From Flavobacteriales bacterium (GTDB lineage Bacteria; Bacteroidota; Bacteroidia; Palsa-965): a stretch of DNA of 64,000 bases. The stretch lies in the NCBI GenBank assembly GCA_040377305.1, contig JBEIPA010000003.1, positions 32,001 to 96,000 on the forward strand, read 5' to 3'. Positions 8,939 to 17,828 of this stretch are shown here, in pieces; the first letter of the stretch is position 1; each line of letters opens with the position of its first letter. Under the pieces are notes generated by a model. It saw nothing but the letters and a program-made list of their open reading frames with translations. It was not told where the DNA came from and made no database searches. Both the position numbers and the translations under genes were made by a program.

Positions 8939-9093
8939 AGACGATGGACTTCAGACGACAGACGGGAGTAGTAAAGCAATCGCAAATCGGCTAGTCTTAG
9001 ATGGAGGAACGAAAAAAGCGCGAATCCCTTCGCGCCTTTTTCCTTCTTAAACTCTTCGACTTACTCCCGTCTGTCGTCTGAAGTCTGTCGTCT
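8939..9093. repeat. 32-bp inverted repeat of AGACnnn heptamers enclosing a terminator
   Basis: agacgatggacttcagacgacagacgggagta (8939-8970) vs tactcccgtctgtcgtctgaagtctgtcgtct (9062-9093), 2 mismatches. Confidence 0.85.
9012..9041 (-). terminator. Rho-independent terminator (bidirectional-type)
   Basis: aaaaaa-gcgcgaa-tccc-ttcgcgc-cttttt downstream of the minus-strand gene ending at 9092. Confidence 0.75.
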
Positions 9094-9571
9094 ATTTATA
9101 CCCGAGCATGAACACAACACATTCCTGTCCCGTCACCGTATCAGTAACCGCCGGCATGTCATAATCAACGTAGAACTTAAACTTCGCATTATCCGGTTCG
9201 AACACGTGAAGCTTTGTACCTGCAGGAGAATTTTTGCTCGTCCACAGCACTTTGCGGTTCTTGGTTTCTTTGTCTTTGTTATAAACAGAGATCACCACGT
9301 CTTTCGTAAGGGCGGTTGTATTGAATACCATGCGGTACTTTTCACCAATGAAGACCGGAACTTCGATCTCTTTCATCTGCACTTTATTCTTGTAACGCAG
9401 CTGTGTTACTTTCCCTGAATCGTATTTGAACGGATCCAGTTTTTCACGCGCTGCATCTTTCAACGCTTTCTGGTCGCAGGTAACTGCTTGCTGGATTGCC
9501 GCGCTTGTAAGTGACAACACGATCACCATCGCCGGTACAATCAGGAAAAAAAATCGTTTCATATTTTTCAT
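9092..9571 (-). CDS. Conserved-looking exported hypothetical protein
   Basis: Signal peptide; paired Cys (C-DQK...C-VVFMLGYK); co-oriented with the upstream lipoprotein. Confidence 0.75.
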   Translation of the reverse strand: MKNMKRFFFLIVPAMVIVLSLTSAAIQQAVTCDQKALKDAAREKLDPFKYDSGKVTQLRYKNKVQMKEIEVPVFIGEKYRMVFNTTALTKDVVISVYNKDKETKNRKVLWTSKNSPAGTKLHVFEPDNAKFKFYVDYDMPAVTDTVTGQECVVFMLGYK

Positions 9572-9590
9572 AATAGAGTGGGGGTTTCGC

Positions 9591-10442
9591 TTATCCTTTA
9601 ATGATGTTAGCACGAATCACTGCAATCTTTTCAATGAGTGGATCCATTTCGCCTTTAGCTGGTTTTACGTCCGAGAAATCCAGATCCGGATTTTCGTGCA
9701 GCTTCACAACTGATGGCATCTTCTCGAATTCAGCATGTAAGTCGTTCAACTGAGTGATGAGCCCGGTGATACTTGGATCTTGCGCTTCGTATGCTTTCAA
9801 TTCTGAAATGATAGATGAGAGCACAGCCATTTGTTCAAACAGAGCCTGTTCCACATTCTCATTTCCTTCTTTCTTGTAAACTTCACCTGCGATGTACATC
9901 GATTCGATCCATGCACCTGCAAAAATTACTCCATACAATTCATTCTGTTGGTTCTCTTCAAGCTGCAAATCGGTTTGATACTGAATTTCCGCAACAATCG
10001 CTCCGATAGAATCTTCATTCTCCATATTGTTGTTGAAACGATCAAACAGGTCCGACTGATCGAACACTTTCGAAAGATTGAGCTTGTTGCCCACTTCGCG
10101 AACTGTTTTCAAGTACAACTGACCTTCCTGCGTCTGTTTGTTCAGAACGCTGTAAGCCATATCGGCACTGTAAACACCCATGATTTGTGCAAGCTGAAAA
10201 GTGCTGGAATAATTCGACACTTTAGTAACGTCGAAGGTCAGTCCCGGCAAGTAACTAAGCTCTGAACGCTTAAACATTGCAGCAACACGGAACGGCGTTG
10301 GCAGAGACGAATTTGTCTCGATGATTTCCACAGTCGCGTTGGTATCAACATAATTTGAATCAACATTTTCAACAACTTGTGGGTCGCCACCGCATGCTGC
10401 AAGCATAGCAAGGGGCAGTACAAACGCATAGCGTAATTTCAT
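9591..10442 (-). CDS. Alpha-helical hypothetical lipoprotein
   Basis: Lipobox LAAC; motifs MGVYSAD..Y and AGAWIESMYI; -7 box (caaaggta, 10474-10481) upstream. Confidence 0.8.
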   Translation of the reverse strand: MKLRYAFVLPLAMLAACGGDPQVVENVDSNYVDTNATVEIIETNSSLPTPFRVAAMFKRSELSYLPGLTFDVTKVSNYSSTFQLAQIMGVYSADMAYSVLNKQTQEGQLYLKTVREVGNKLNLSKVFDQSDLFDRFNNNMENEDSIGAIVAEIQYQTDLQLEENQQNELYGVIFAGAWIESMYIAGEVYKKEGNENVEQALFEQMAVLSSIISELKAYEAQDPSITGLITQLNDLHAEFEKMPSVVKLHENPDLDFSDVKPAKGEMDPLIEKIAVIRANIIKG

Positions 10443-10473
10443 GGGAGGGATTGATTTTTTGGTTTGAGTGTCG

Positions 10474-10553
10474 CAAAGGTAAAAAAAGCAGCCATATCAG
10501 TGTAAAAAGACTGTTAATAAGGGTGGTGGATAGGGTGGGAATCAGTACTTTTG
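10474..10553. promoter_or_regulatory. Divergent Bacteroidota -7 boxes
   Basis: TACCTTTG on the minus strand (10474-10481) and TACTTTTG on the plus strand (10546-10553) match TAnnTTTG. Confidence 0.6.
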
Positions 10554-10569
10554 GTCCCTCAAAATTTGC

Positions 10570-12678
10570 ATGCCACTTATGAAAAAAGGCTTCTTTCTAA
10601 CGCTGGTAACCGCTTTTCTGGTTGTCGGCACATCTTTCGCACAAGCATCCGCTGATGCCAATGATCCGATTCTAATGTCAATCGGTGCTAAGCAAGTGAA
10701 ACTCTCGGAGTTCACTTATGTGTACAAGAAAAACAACAAAGACACAACCAACAATCCAGAGGCGGTAGAGAATTACCTCGAGCTCTTCACAACTTTCAAG
10801 ATGAAAGTGATGGAAGCGGAAGAGTTGAAAATGGATACTTCAGGTGCATTCCGCGACGAACTCGCCGGATACCGCCGTCAGGTTTCATTACAGTATCTCA
10901 CGGATCGTAAGGTAAACGACAGTCTTCTCATGGAAGCGTACAATCGCATGAAGGAAGATATTCGTGCAAGTCACGTCCTTGTTCTTTGTGATGAGAATGC
11001 ACTTCCCAAAGACACTGCGATTGCTTACACCCGTGTGCAGATCATTCAGAATCTTTTGAACGGCAAACCGGCAACAAAACTCATCGCTGACTACGAAGCA
11101 CAGCTGAAATCGAAATACGCGATCACATCAAAATCGCCTGCGGGAGATATCGCTAAAGTGAATATGCTGGTGAATCCTTTGAAGGATCTTGACAAGAAAT
11201 ACAAAGGCAAACCCGCTCCGTTTGACGAAGTTGCATTCACAGCTTCTGAAGACAAGTCGGCTTTGACGAATCGTGGCGATTTGGGTTGGTTCACAGCGTT
11301 CTCAATGGTTTATCCGTTTGAGACCTTGTGTTATAACACGCCAGTAGGCAAAGTTGGTGGTCCAACCAGAACGAAATTCGGTTACCACGTGGTGTACGTT
11401 GCTGATCGTCGTCCGGCTGTTGGAAAGATTACAGTAACACACATCATGATCAATTCCCGCGCTGGTGCTCCGTTGCAGGATTCACTGAATGCGAAAGCAA
11501 AAGCAGATGAGATCTATGCAAAAGCAATTGCCGGAGAAGATTTCGCAACATTGGCGAAGCAGTTCTCCGACGACAAACAATCGGCTGTGAAAGGCGGAGA
11601 GATTCCAAAGTTTGGTTTGTACGAGATGCCTGCTCCGTTTGAGAAAGCAGCATTCGACCTCAAAGCAGATGCTGAAATCACTGCGCCAATTAAAACGAAT
11701 TGGGGATGGCATATTATCAAGCGTGTTCGCAAAGAGCCTTTCCCAACATTCGATCAGGCAAAAGCCGACATCAAACAACGTGTTAGCCGTGACCAGCGTT
11801 CTATCCAGGGCCGTGCTTCGTTGGTTGCTCGTGTGAAAGCGGATAATGGATTTACAGAATATCCGAACACTGTGAAAGATTTCTACCCCGTTATCGACTC
11901 CACTTACTTCAAAGGCATGTGGAAAGCAGATAAAGCGAAGAATCTGAACAAAACTATGTTCACGCTCGCTGGTAAGAATTACACGCAACAGGATTTCGCT
12001 TTGTGGCTTGAGATTCACCAGGTACGCGGTCCAAAGCGCGATATTCCAACTCTGGTTGACGCTGGCTACAAACTTTGGGTTGAAGAATCGTGTGTTGCAT
12101 ACGAAGACACACAACTTGAACGCAAGTATCCTGATTTCAAAAACCTCATGCAGGAATATCGCGACGGTATGTTGTTGTTCGATCTGATGGACAAAAAAGT
12201 GTGGTCAAAGGCAGTAAAAGACACTGCAGGGTTGCGCACATTCCACGAGCAGAACAAAGGCAAATACATGCAGGTTGAGCGTGCGGATGCAACTGTATTC
12301 TCCTGCAAAGACGAAGCTACTGCGAAGAAAGTGCGCAAGATGCTGAAGCAGAAAAAAACAACGAAGGAAATTCAGGATGAGCTCAACAAAGATTCTCAGC
12401 TGAACGTAACTGCAGAACATAAACTTTACATCAAAGGCGAAAGCGATATTGTTGATCGTAACTGGAAAACGGGCACGTCTAAGAACGAGAATATCGACGG
12501 TCGCGTGAAGTTTGTTGTTGTTGATCACCTCGAGCCGGCACGCCCGAAGACTTTGCAGGAAGCGCGTGGTGCAGTTACAACAGATTATCAGAACCAACTT
12601 GATAAAGAGTGGATCGCATCACTGAAAGCAAAGTATCCGGTGACAGTGAACCGCGATGTATTGAAGATGGTGAAATAA
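10570..12678 (+). CDS. Periplasmic peptidyl-prolyl isomerase with two parvulin (PpiC) domains, SurA-like
   Basis: Signal peptide; two rotamase motifs (ASHVLV...GDLGWF..MV.PFE...T.FGYH; THIM...LAKQFSDD...GG.I...FEKAAF...T.WGWHII). Confidence 0.9.
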   Translation: MPLMKKGFFLTLVTAFLVVGTSFAQASADANDPILMSIGAKQVKLSEFTYVYKKNNKDTTNNPEAVENYLELFTTFKMKVMEAEELKMDTSGAFRDELAGYRRQVSLQYLTDRKVNDSLLMEAYNRMKEDIRASHVLVLCDENALPKDTAIAYTRVQIIQNLLNGKPATKLIADYEAQLKSKYAITSKSPAGDIAKVNMLVNPLKDLDKKYKGKPAPFDEVAFTASEDKSALTNRGDLGWFTAFSMVYPFETLCYNTPVGKVGGPTRTKFGYHVVYVADRRPAVGKITVTHIMINSRAGAPLQDSLNAKAKADEIYAKAIAGEDFATLAKQFSDDKQSAVKGGEIPKFGLYEMPAPFEKAAFDLKADAEITAPIKTNWGWHIIKRVRKEPFPTFDQAKADIKQRVSRDQRSIQGRASLVARVKADNGFTEYPNTVKDFYPVIDSTYFKGMWKADKAKNLNKTMFTLAGKNYTQQDFALWLEIHQVRGPKRDIPTLVDAGYKLWVEESCVAYEDTQLERKYPDFKNLMQEYRDGMLLFDLMDKKVWSKAVKDTAGLRTFHEQNKGKYMQVERADATVFSCKDEATAKKVRKMLKQKKTTKEIQDELNKDSQLNVTAEHKLYIKGESDIVDRNWKTGTSKNENIDGRVKFVVVDHLEPARPKTLQEARGAVTTDYQNQLDKEWIASLKAKYPVTVNRDVLKMVK

Positions 12679-12684
12679 CCAATT

Positions 12685-13584
12685 ATGCACAGTACACCGA
12701 GCAGGCAACCATACAAGCGAACCGGCGTCATCTCACTGATGACGCTGGTTTGTTTTTTAATGGCGGCGTGCGGCAATGAAATAACTACCGAAACCCCTGA
12801 ACAGGGAAAGATCATTGCAACCGTGTACACGCACAATTTGTACGAGAGTGATTTGGCTGCAGCGATGCCGGCAGGATTGACTTCTGAAGACAGTGCTCGC
12901 CGTGCGGAGAATTACATTAACTCGTGGGTACGGGAAATGTTGTTGTTAAGCAAAGCAGAAAACAACTTGCCTGAGAACGATGCAGAAATGGAGAAGAAGC
13001 TCCGCGATTATAAGAACTCACTCATCATTTACGCGTACGAAACGGAACTTGTACATCAGAAACTGGATACCGTTGTGAGCGATGCGGAAATTGAAACCTA
13101 TTACAACGAACATAGCAGCGATTTTCAGCTTCGCGATAATATTGTGAAAGTGGTTTATGTGAAAGTCGATAACAAAGCTCCGAATCTGCCTAAGTTGAAG
13201 GGCTGGGTGAAGTCAGACAAGCCTGCTGATCGGGAAGAGCTTGACAAGTACTGCCGACAATATGCGACGAACTACTACCTCGACGACAATTCATGGCTGC
13301 TTCTGGATGATTTGCTCAAGGAAGTTCCGATTCAGAGCTATAACTGGGAGCTTTTCCTGCAAACCAACAAGTTTGTAGAGGTTTCCGATTCAACATCGAC
13401 CTACTTTTTGAACTTTAAGGGCTACATGACGCGTAACAGTCAGTCGCCCTTGTCGTTCGAAAAAGAGAATATCAGAAATATTATTCTTAATAAACGCAAA
13501 CTCGAGCTAATTGATAAGATGCATGACGATCTTTACAATGAAGCTGTGGAGAGTGACCGTATAAAGATCTATCCGAGAAAATGA
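12685..13584 (+). CDS. PPIase-associated lipoprotein of the Bacteroidota SurA cluster
   Basis: Lipobox MAAC; IATV....LY, YINSW and EIETYY motifs; lies between two PPIase genes. Confidence 0.75.
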   Translation: MHSTPSRQPYKRTGVISLMTLVCFLMAACGNEITTETPEQGKIIATVYTHNLYESDLAAAMPAGLTSEDSARRAENYINSWVREMLLLSKAENNLPENDAEMEKKLRDYKNSLIIYAYETELVHQKLDTVVSDAEIETYYNEHSSDFQLRDNIVKVVYVKVDNKAPNLPKLKGWVKSDKPADREELDKYCRQYATNYYLDDNSWLLLDDLLKEVPIQSYNWELFLQTNKFVEVSDSTSTYFLNFKGYMTRNSQSPLSFEKENIRNIILNKRKLELIDKMHDDLYNEAVESDRIKIYPRK

Positions 13585-14957
13585 GAAAGTTAATTGTCGT
13601 GCTGATCGTATTCAGCGCTTTTACATCAGGAAAAGTATTTGCACAAACGGGAGCCCGTGTGGTTGATCGTATAGTAGCCGTTGTTGGAAGCCAGATCGTA
13701 AAGGAGTCCGACATCATGGCTTCGTATGAGCCATATCGCGCAGAAGGTTACGCATTGAACGATACTTTGCGCGGAGAGTTGCTCGAAGAATTGATGATCA
13801 ACATGCTGTTGAAGGAACAGGCTATTCATGATAGTATTGTTGTAGATGACGCAGACGTTGATAACGAGCTTGACCGTCGTCTGCGTTATTATATTCAGCA
13901 ACTCGGTTCGGAAGAAGCGTTCGTAAAATTCTACGGTAAGTCTGTGGAGTCTTACAAGTTTGAGTTACGCGGGAAGATCCGTGACCTGATCATGATTCAG
14001 CGGGTTCAAGGTGAAATTGTTGGAGGCGTTACTGTTTCTCCACAGGAAGTGAAAGACTTTTACAACAGCTTCAACCCGGACAGCTTGCCCTTGATCAATT
14101 CACAGGTTGAAGTGGGGCAAATTGTGTTGACTCCACCAGTGAATCAGGAGCTGAAAGAATTTACGCGGATGGAATTGGAGAACATTCGTCTGCAAGTCAT
14201 TTCAGGCAAGCTTGATTTTTGTACAGCGGCAGCCGCGCACAGCGACGATCCCGGATCGAAATTCAATTGCGGTAAATATGAGAATGTTCGTCGCGGAACT
14301 TTTGTGCCGGAATTTGATGCCGTGAGTTTCAGCCTGAAAGACGGAGAATATTCAGAAGTTTTCGAAACAGAATTTGGTTTCCACTTCATGCGATTGATTG
14401 TGCGTAAAGGGGAAGAGGTGTCGATGCAACATATCCTGAAATCAATTCCTACTGCTCCGGCTGATCTTCAGAAATGTAAAACGCGTCTGGATTCAATCAT
14501 GAAAGCAATTCGCATGGACAGCATGACATTCTGCGAGGCGGCTGCGCGTTTTTCAAACGACGAAAACTCAAAGTTCTCTTGTGGATTGATCCTGAATCCG
14601 CTTACGGGCAACAGTAAAATCGACATGGATATTCTCGGTGAGATTGATCCGAATCCTGACTTTCCGGTAATTGTTGGTGGACTGAAAGTCGGAGCTTATT
14701 CTGCACCACATCCGTGTTACACGATGGATGGTAAACAGGGCTATCGTGTGTTGTGGCTGAAGTCACGATCAGAACCGCACCGAGCAAACCTGAAAGATGA
14801 TTATCAATTGATTCAGGATATGGCGCTTGAGAAGAAGCAAGACGAGAAGATGCGTACATGGATCATGAGTAAACTTCCGCACACGTATATACGCGTTGCA
14901 GACAGCGATCGTCATCACAAATTCAAGTATCCTTGGCTGTCATACATTAAGCCATAG
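13581..14957 (+). CDS. surA: SurA-like chaperone / peptidyl-prolyl isomerase
   Basis: VDRIVAVVG N-terminal SurA motif; parvulin motif SDDPGS...FVPEFD...ETEFGFH; ATGA overlap with the upstream gene. Confidence 0.82.
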   Translation: MRKLIVVLIVFSAFTSGKVFAQTGARVVDRIVAVVGSQIVKESDIMASYEPYRAEGYALNDTLRGELLEELMINMLLKEQAIHDSIVVDDADVDNELDRRLRYYIQQLGSEEAFVKFYGKSVESYKFELRGKIRDLIMIQRVQGEIVGGVTVSPQEVKDFYNSFNPDSLPLINSQVEVGQIVLTPPVNQELKEFTRMELENIRLQVISGKLDFCTAAAAHSDDPGSKFNCGKYENVRRGTFVPEFDAVSFSLKDGEYSEVFETEFGFHFMRLIVRKGEEVSMQHILKSIPTAPADLQKCKTRLDSIMKAIRMDSMTFCEAAARFSNDENSKFSCGLILNPLTGNSKIDMDILGEIDPNPDFPVIVGGLKVGAYSAPHPCYTMDGKQGYRVLWLKSRSEPHRANLKDDYQLIQDMALEKKQDEKMRTWIMSKLPHTYIRVADSDRHHKFKYPWLSYIKP

Positions 14958-15023
14958 TTCAACCTAAAGAAACATCACGCAGCGCCTCAGCATTTGCTGT
15001 GCCGCTGCGGTAAACAGTTAGAT

Positions 15024-15989
15024 ATGCAGCAGTTCAAGAGCGACGTTGAAGCAGTAGATTACTTCCAGGACAAGTACAAAAAACTCTCTGCAGAGATTCA
15101 TAAAGTTATTGTAGGACAAGACGACGTTGTGAAAGACGTTCTCATTTCCATTTTCTCGAACGGTCACTGTTTGCTTGTAGGTGTACCCGGACTTGCGAAA
15201 ACTTTGCTGGTAAATACGATTGCGCAATCGCTTGGTTTGAGTTACAACCGTATTCAGTTTACACCCGATCTGATGCCTTCGGATATAATCGGAACAGAAA
15301 TTCTGGATGAGTCCCGCAATTTCAAATTTGTAAAAGGTCCGTTGTTTTCGAATATCATTCTCGCGGATGAGATCAACCGTACGCCACCGAAAACACAAGC
15401 AGCACTGCTCGAAGCCATGCAGGAGCGCGCTGTAACTGCAGCCGGAAAGCGCTACTCACTCGATAAACCATTCTTCGTACTCGCTACACAAAACCCGATC
15501 GAGCAGGAGGGAACATATCCTCTTCCGGAAGCACAACTTGACCGTTTCATGTTCAACGTGTGGCTCGATTATCCTTCGTACAAAGAAGAGATTGAAGTGG
15601 TGCGTCAGACAACAACAGATCGTGCAATCACTCCGGACAAAGTTCTGGGTGCAGACGAAATCCTCTTCATTCAGGAGTTGGTTCGTCGTGTTCCTGTTCC
15701 GGAAAATGTGCTTGAATACGCTGTAAAACTCGCTTCGAAAACGCGTCCGAATACAGAGCATGCCACTGCGGATATTAACCGCTTACTCTCCTGGGGTGCA
15801 GGTCCGCGTGCATCACAATATCTGGTGCTCGGCGCAAAATGTCACGCTGTTGTTTCAGGCAAATACTCTCCCGATATCGAAGACGTTCGCGCAGTAGCCG
15901 GACCAATTCTTCGTCACCGTATCGTCCGCAATTATAAGGCGGAAGCGGAAGGGGTTTCTGTTGAGTCCATAATCAAGGGTCTTCTGTAA
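15024..15989 (+). CDS. MoxR family AAA+ ATPase
   Basis: GVPGLAKT Walker A, RIQFTPDLMPSD, ILADEINR Walker B, ATQNPIEQEGTYPLPEAQLDRF. Confidence 0.95.
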   Translation: MQQFKSDVEAVDYFQDKYKKLSAEIHKVIVGQDDVVKDVLISIFSNGHCLLVGVPGLAKTLLVNTIAQSLGLSYNRIQFTPDLMPSDIIGTEILDESRNFKFVKGPLFSNIILADEINRTPPKTQAALLEAMQERAVTAAGKRYSLDKPFFVLATQNPIEQEGTYPLPEAQLDRFMFNVWLDYPSYKEEIEVVRQTTTDRAITPDKVLGADEILFIQELVRRVPVPENVLEYAVKLASKTRPNTEHATADINRLLSWGAGPRASQYLVLGAKCHAVVSGKYSPDIEDVRAVAGPILRHRIVRNYKAEAEGVSVESIIKGLL

Positions 15990-16112
15990 TTCGAAAATTT
16001 GAAGATTCGAAATTCGAGAAGGTAGTCGGGGCATTGGAAACGACACTCTGACCGATTTCGCGAGCAAATTCCGGTCAAATCTTCAAATTTTCGAATATCC
16101 AAATCTTCGAAT
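15989..16112. repeat. Octamer-periodic inverted repeat starting at the moxR stop codon
   Basis: attcgaaaatttgaagatt (15989-16007) / aatcttcaaattttcgaat (16078-16096), perfect 19 bp. A related arm follows the pntB stop (~51792-51817). Confidence 0.85.
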
Positions 16113-16154
16113 GCCTCTGGCATTTCTTATATTTGGTACGCTGATCCCGCTTAT

Positions 16155-16169
16155 CGGCACAAATTTTGC
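16155..16169 (+). promoter_or_regulatory. Sigma-54 (-24/-12) promoter
   Basis: CGGCAC-AAATT-TTGC with GG-N10-GC spacing, about 25 nt upstream of the ATG at 16195. Confidence 0.65.
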
Positions 16170-16194
16170 CTTATAGCAGGGCCAAACCAACCAC

Positions 16195-16971
16195 ATGAAA
16201 CAGCGTTTACCCCTCTTGATCGCTCTACTTGTACTTCCGGCAGTATTTGTCGCGCAAGGATTCGGACTACCTCCGGGATTTGATCTCAAGCAATTCAACA
16301 AGAACGAAGAACAGGCGCTCTGGTTTATCCAGTACGACTCCATGATTGTACGCGTTCAGAATTTCGATCGCGGAACAGCCGGGAAAGATTTCATCTGTTT
16401 TCAGGATAAGAAAGGCTGGAAAGTTGTTGCCGGAAGAATTGATTCGGCTCGCGGTATCATCGACCGCAAATGGTTTTCTGTGGATGTGAAGAACGTGGTT
16501 ACAGAAATGAAGAAAGAAGGAGACACGGTTCTTATTACATCAATGGGTCATGCCTTATACAACGGCGCAGTGGCGCACAAGAAACTGAAACTGTCCACTT
16601 CAGCTGTCTGGAAAAAATTCATTCGACAAAACGCCGATCTCACTTACACCGTAACTTATTTCTGTGATCAGGATGCGGGCGGTGTAATCTGGTACGGACC
16701 GGAATGCAACTGGTGGTACAGCGCAGATGGCATGAATCTCGTCACCACAAAAATTTCTGCAACGAAAGCACCCATGATGGCAACATCAACAGGTAATTTC
16801 CTCAACTTCTCTTGTCCCACCGAGAAGATGCCGACCATCGGAACCATGTGGATGGCTCACCGTGTTGGGCAGAAATATCCGAACGTTCACATCATCTATA
16901 AGACGGGGACGAGTACGTTGACTTATAACGCTACGAGCGGATCCTACTCTTGGATGCACGCTGCGAACTAG
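16195..16971 (+). CDS. Exported hypothetical protein
   Basis: 258-aa ORF with signal peptide ending VAQ. Confidence 0.75.
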   Translation: MKQRLPLLIALLVLPAVFVAQGFGLPPGFDLKQFNKNEEQALWFIQYDSMIVRVQNFDRGTAGKDFICFQDKKGWKVVAGRIDSARGIIDRKWFSVDVKNVVTEMKKEGDTVLITSMGHALYNGAVAHKKLKLSTSAVWKKFIRQNADLTYTVTYFCDQDAGGVIWYGPECNWWYSADGMNLVTTKISATKAPMMATSTGNFLNFSCPTEKMPTIGTMWMAHRVGQKYPNVHIIYKTGTSTLTYNATSGSYSWMHAAN

Positions 16972-17074
16972 TGAGCTTCGCGGGGTAAAGAGTAGAGAGT
17001 AAAGGGGCGAGAGCAACCGACTACGATCATAATACACATGGTTGTCAAATTAGCAATTTGTTCAAACTTGAATT

Positions 17075-17329
17075 ATGAGAAAAGTTCAACTTGTGACAAT
17101 CTCAATAGTCACAACCATTTTTGGAATTCTCTTTCTTGGGTTGTATCTCAATTATTTGCTTGACGACAAATATCTATACGATTCAAATTTACCTAATGTG
17201 CAGGTTTAACAGGTGGCAAATTTGTTCAAGGAAAGAATGGCGTCCTGTGTTGGATTTACGCTCGCACTGTTGTTGTGGATTTTAGAGTTAACGGCATTGT
17301 GCATCAGGTGACTGGTGAAGAATAAGTAA
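17075..17329 (+). pseudogene. Decayed small two-TM membrane protein gene
   Basis: One frame reads MRKVQLVTISIVTTIFGILFLGLYLNYLLDDKYLYDSNLPNVQV*QVANLFKERMASCVGFTLALLLWILELTALCIR*LVKNK*, with in-frame TAA (17207) and TGA (17309). Confidence 0.5.
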
Positions 17330-17399
17330 TCGCAAGAATTTATCCGTTTACAAACGTTTGTTACCGACTAGTGTCGTTGACTTGTCTTTCATTTGCGCT

Positions 17400-17765
17400 A
17401 TGGAAAATCACTTCACTTTTGAAGACCTCAAGGTCTACCAGCGCGCACTGGATTTTATTGATAAAGTCTACGCTGCAACCGAAAAATATCCTTCTACGGA
17501 AAAATTCAATCTTACCAGTCAATTTCAGCGGGCCTCCGTTTCAATTTCCTTGAATATTGCAGAAGGAAATGGGTCAACCAACAAGGAGAACTTGAAGTAC
17601 CTTGGAATTGCGTCTCGGTCACTTAAAGAATGCGTAGTCTGCATTACCATTTCATTGCGAAGAAAGTACATTGATCAAGATGTTCACAATGCCTTACGCA
17701 ATGAGTTGGCTGAAATAAGTCGCATGATAAGCGGCTTGAAAAATTACATGAAGAAAAACATGTAG
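17400..17765 (+). CDS. Four helix bundle protein (23S rRNA IVS protein / Avd-like family)
   Basis: FEDLKVYQ, P..EKF.LTSQ..RA.VSI.LNIAEG, IA..SL.E and I.RMI.GL signature. Confidence 0.92.
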   Translation: MENHFTFEDLKVYQRALDFIDKVYAATEKYPSTEKFNLTSQFQRASVSISLNIAEGNGSTNKENLKYLGIASRSLKECVVCITISLRRKYIDQDVHNALRNELAEISRMISGLKNYMKKNM

Positions 17766-17828
17766 AAACGGGAGACGAACTCGGATTTACCCGGTTCTGT
17801 CTCCCGCCTCTTTACTCTCTCCTCTTTA

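Noticed and set aside
8429-9050. ORFs 8429-8824, 8725-8937 and 8835-9050
   Set aside because: They overlap a better ORF, a likely promoter region or repeat/terminator sequence, and show no protein-like motifs.
15024-15989. MoxR lacking adjacent vWA/DUF58 partners as an anomaly
   Set aside because: MoxR directly after the SurA/PPIase genes is, to my knowledge, a common Bacteroidota arrangement, and partners can be encoded elsewhere.
17207-17311. Stop-codon reassignment or selenocysteine readthrough
   Set aside because: Two different stops (TAA and TGA) interrupt the frame, and all three stops terminate normal genes in this window. Decay is the simpler explanation.
17400-17765. Diversity-generating retroelement or 23S rRNA intervening sequence
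   Set aside because: No reverse transcriptase, no TR/VR pair noticed and no rRNA sequence around the gene.
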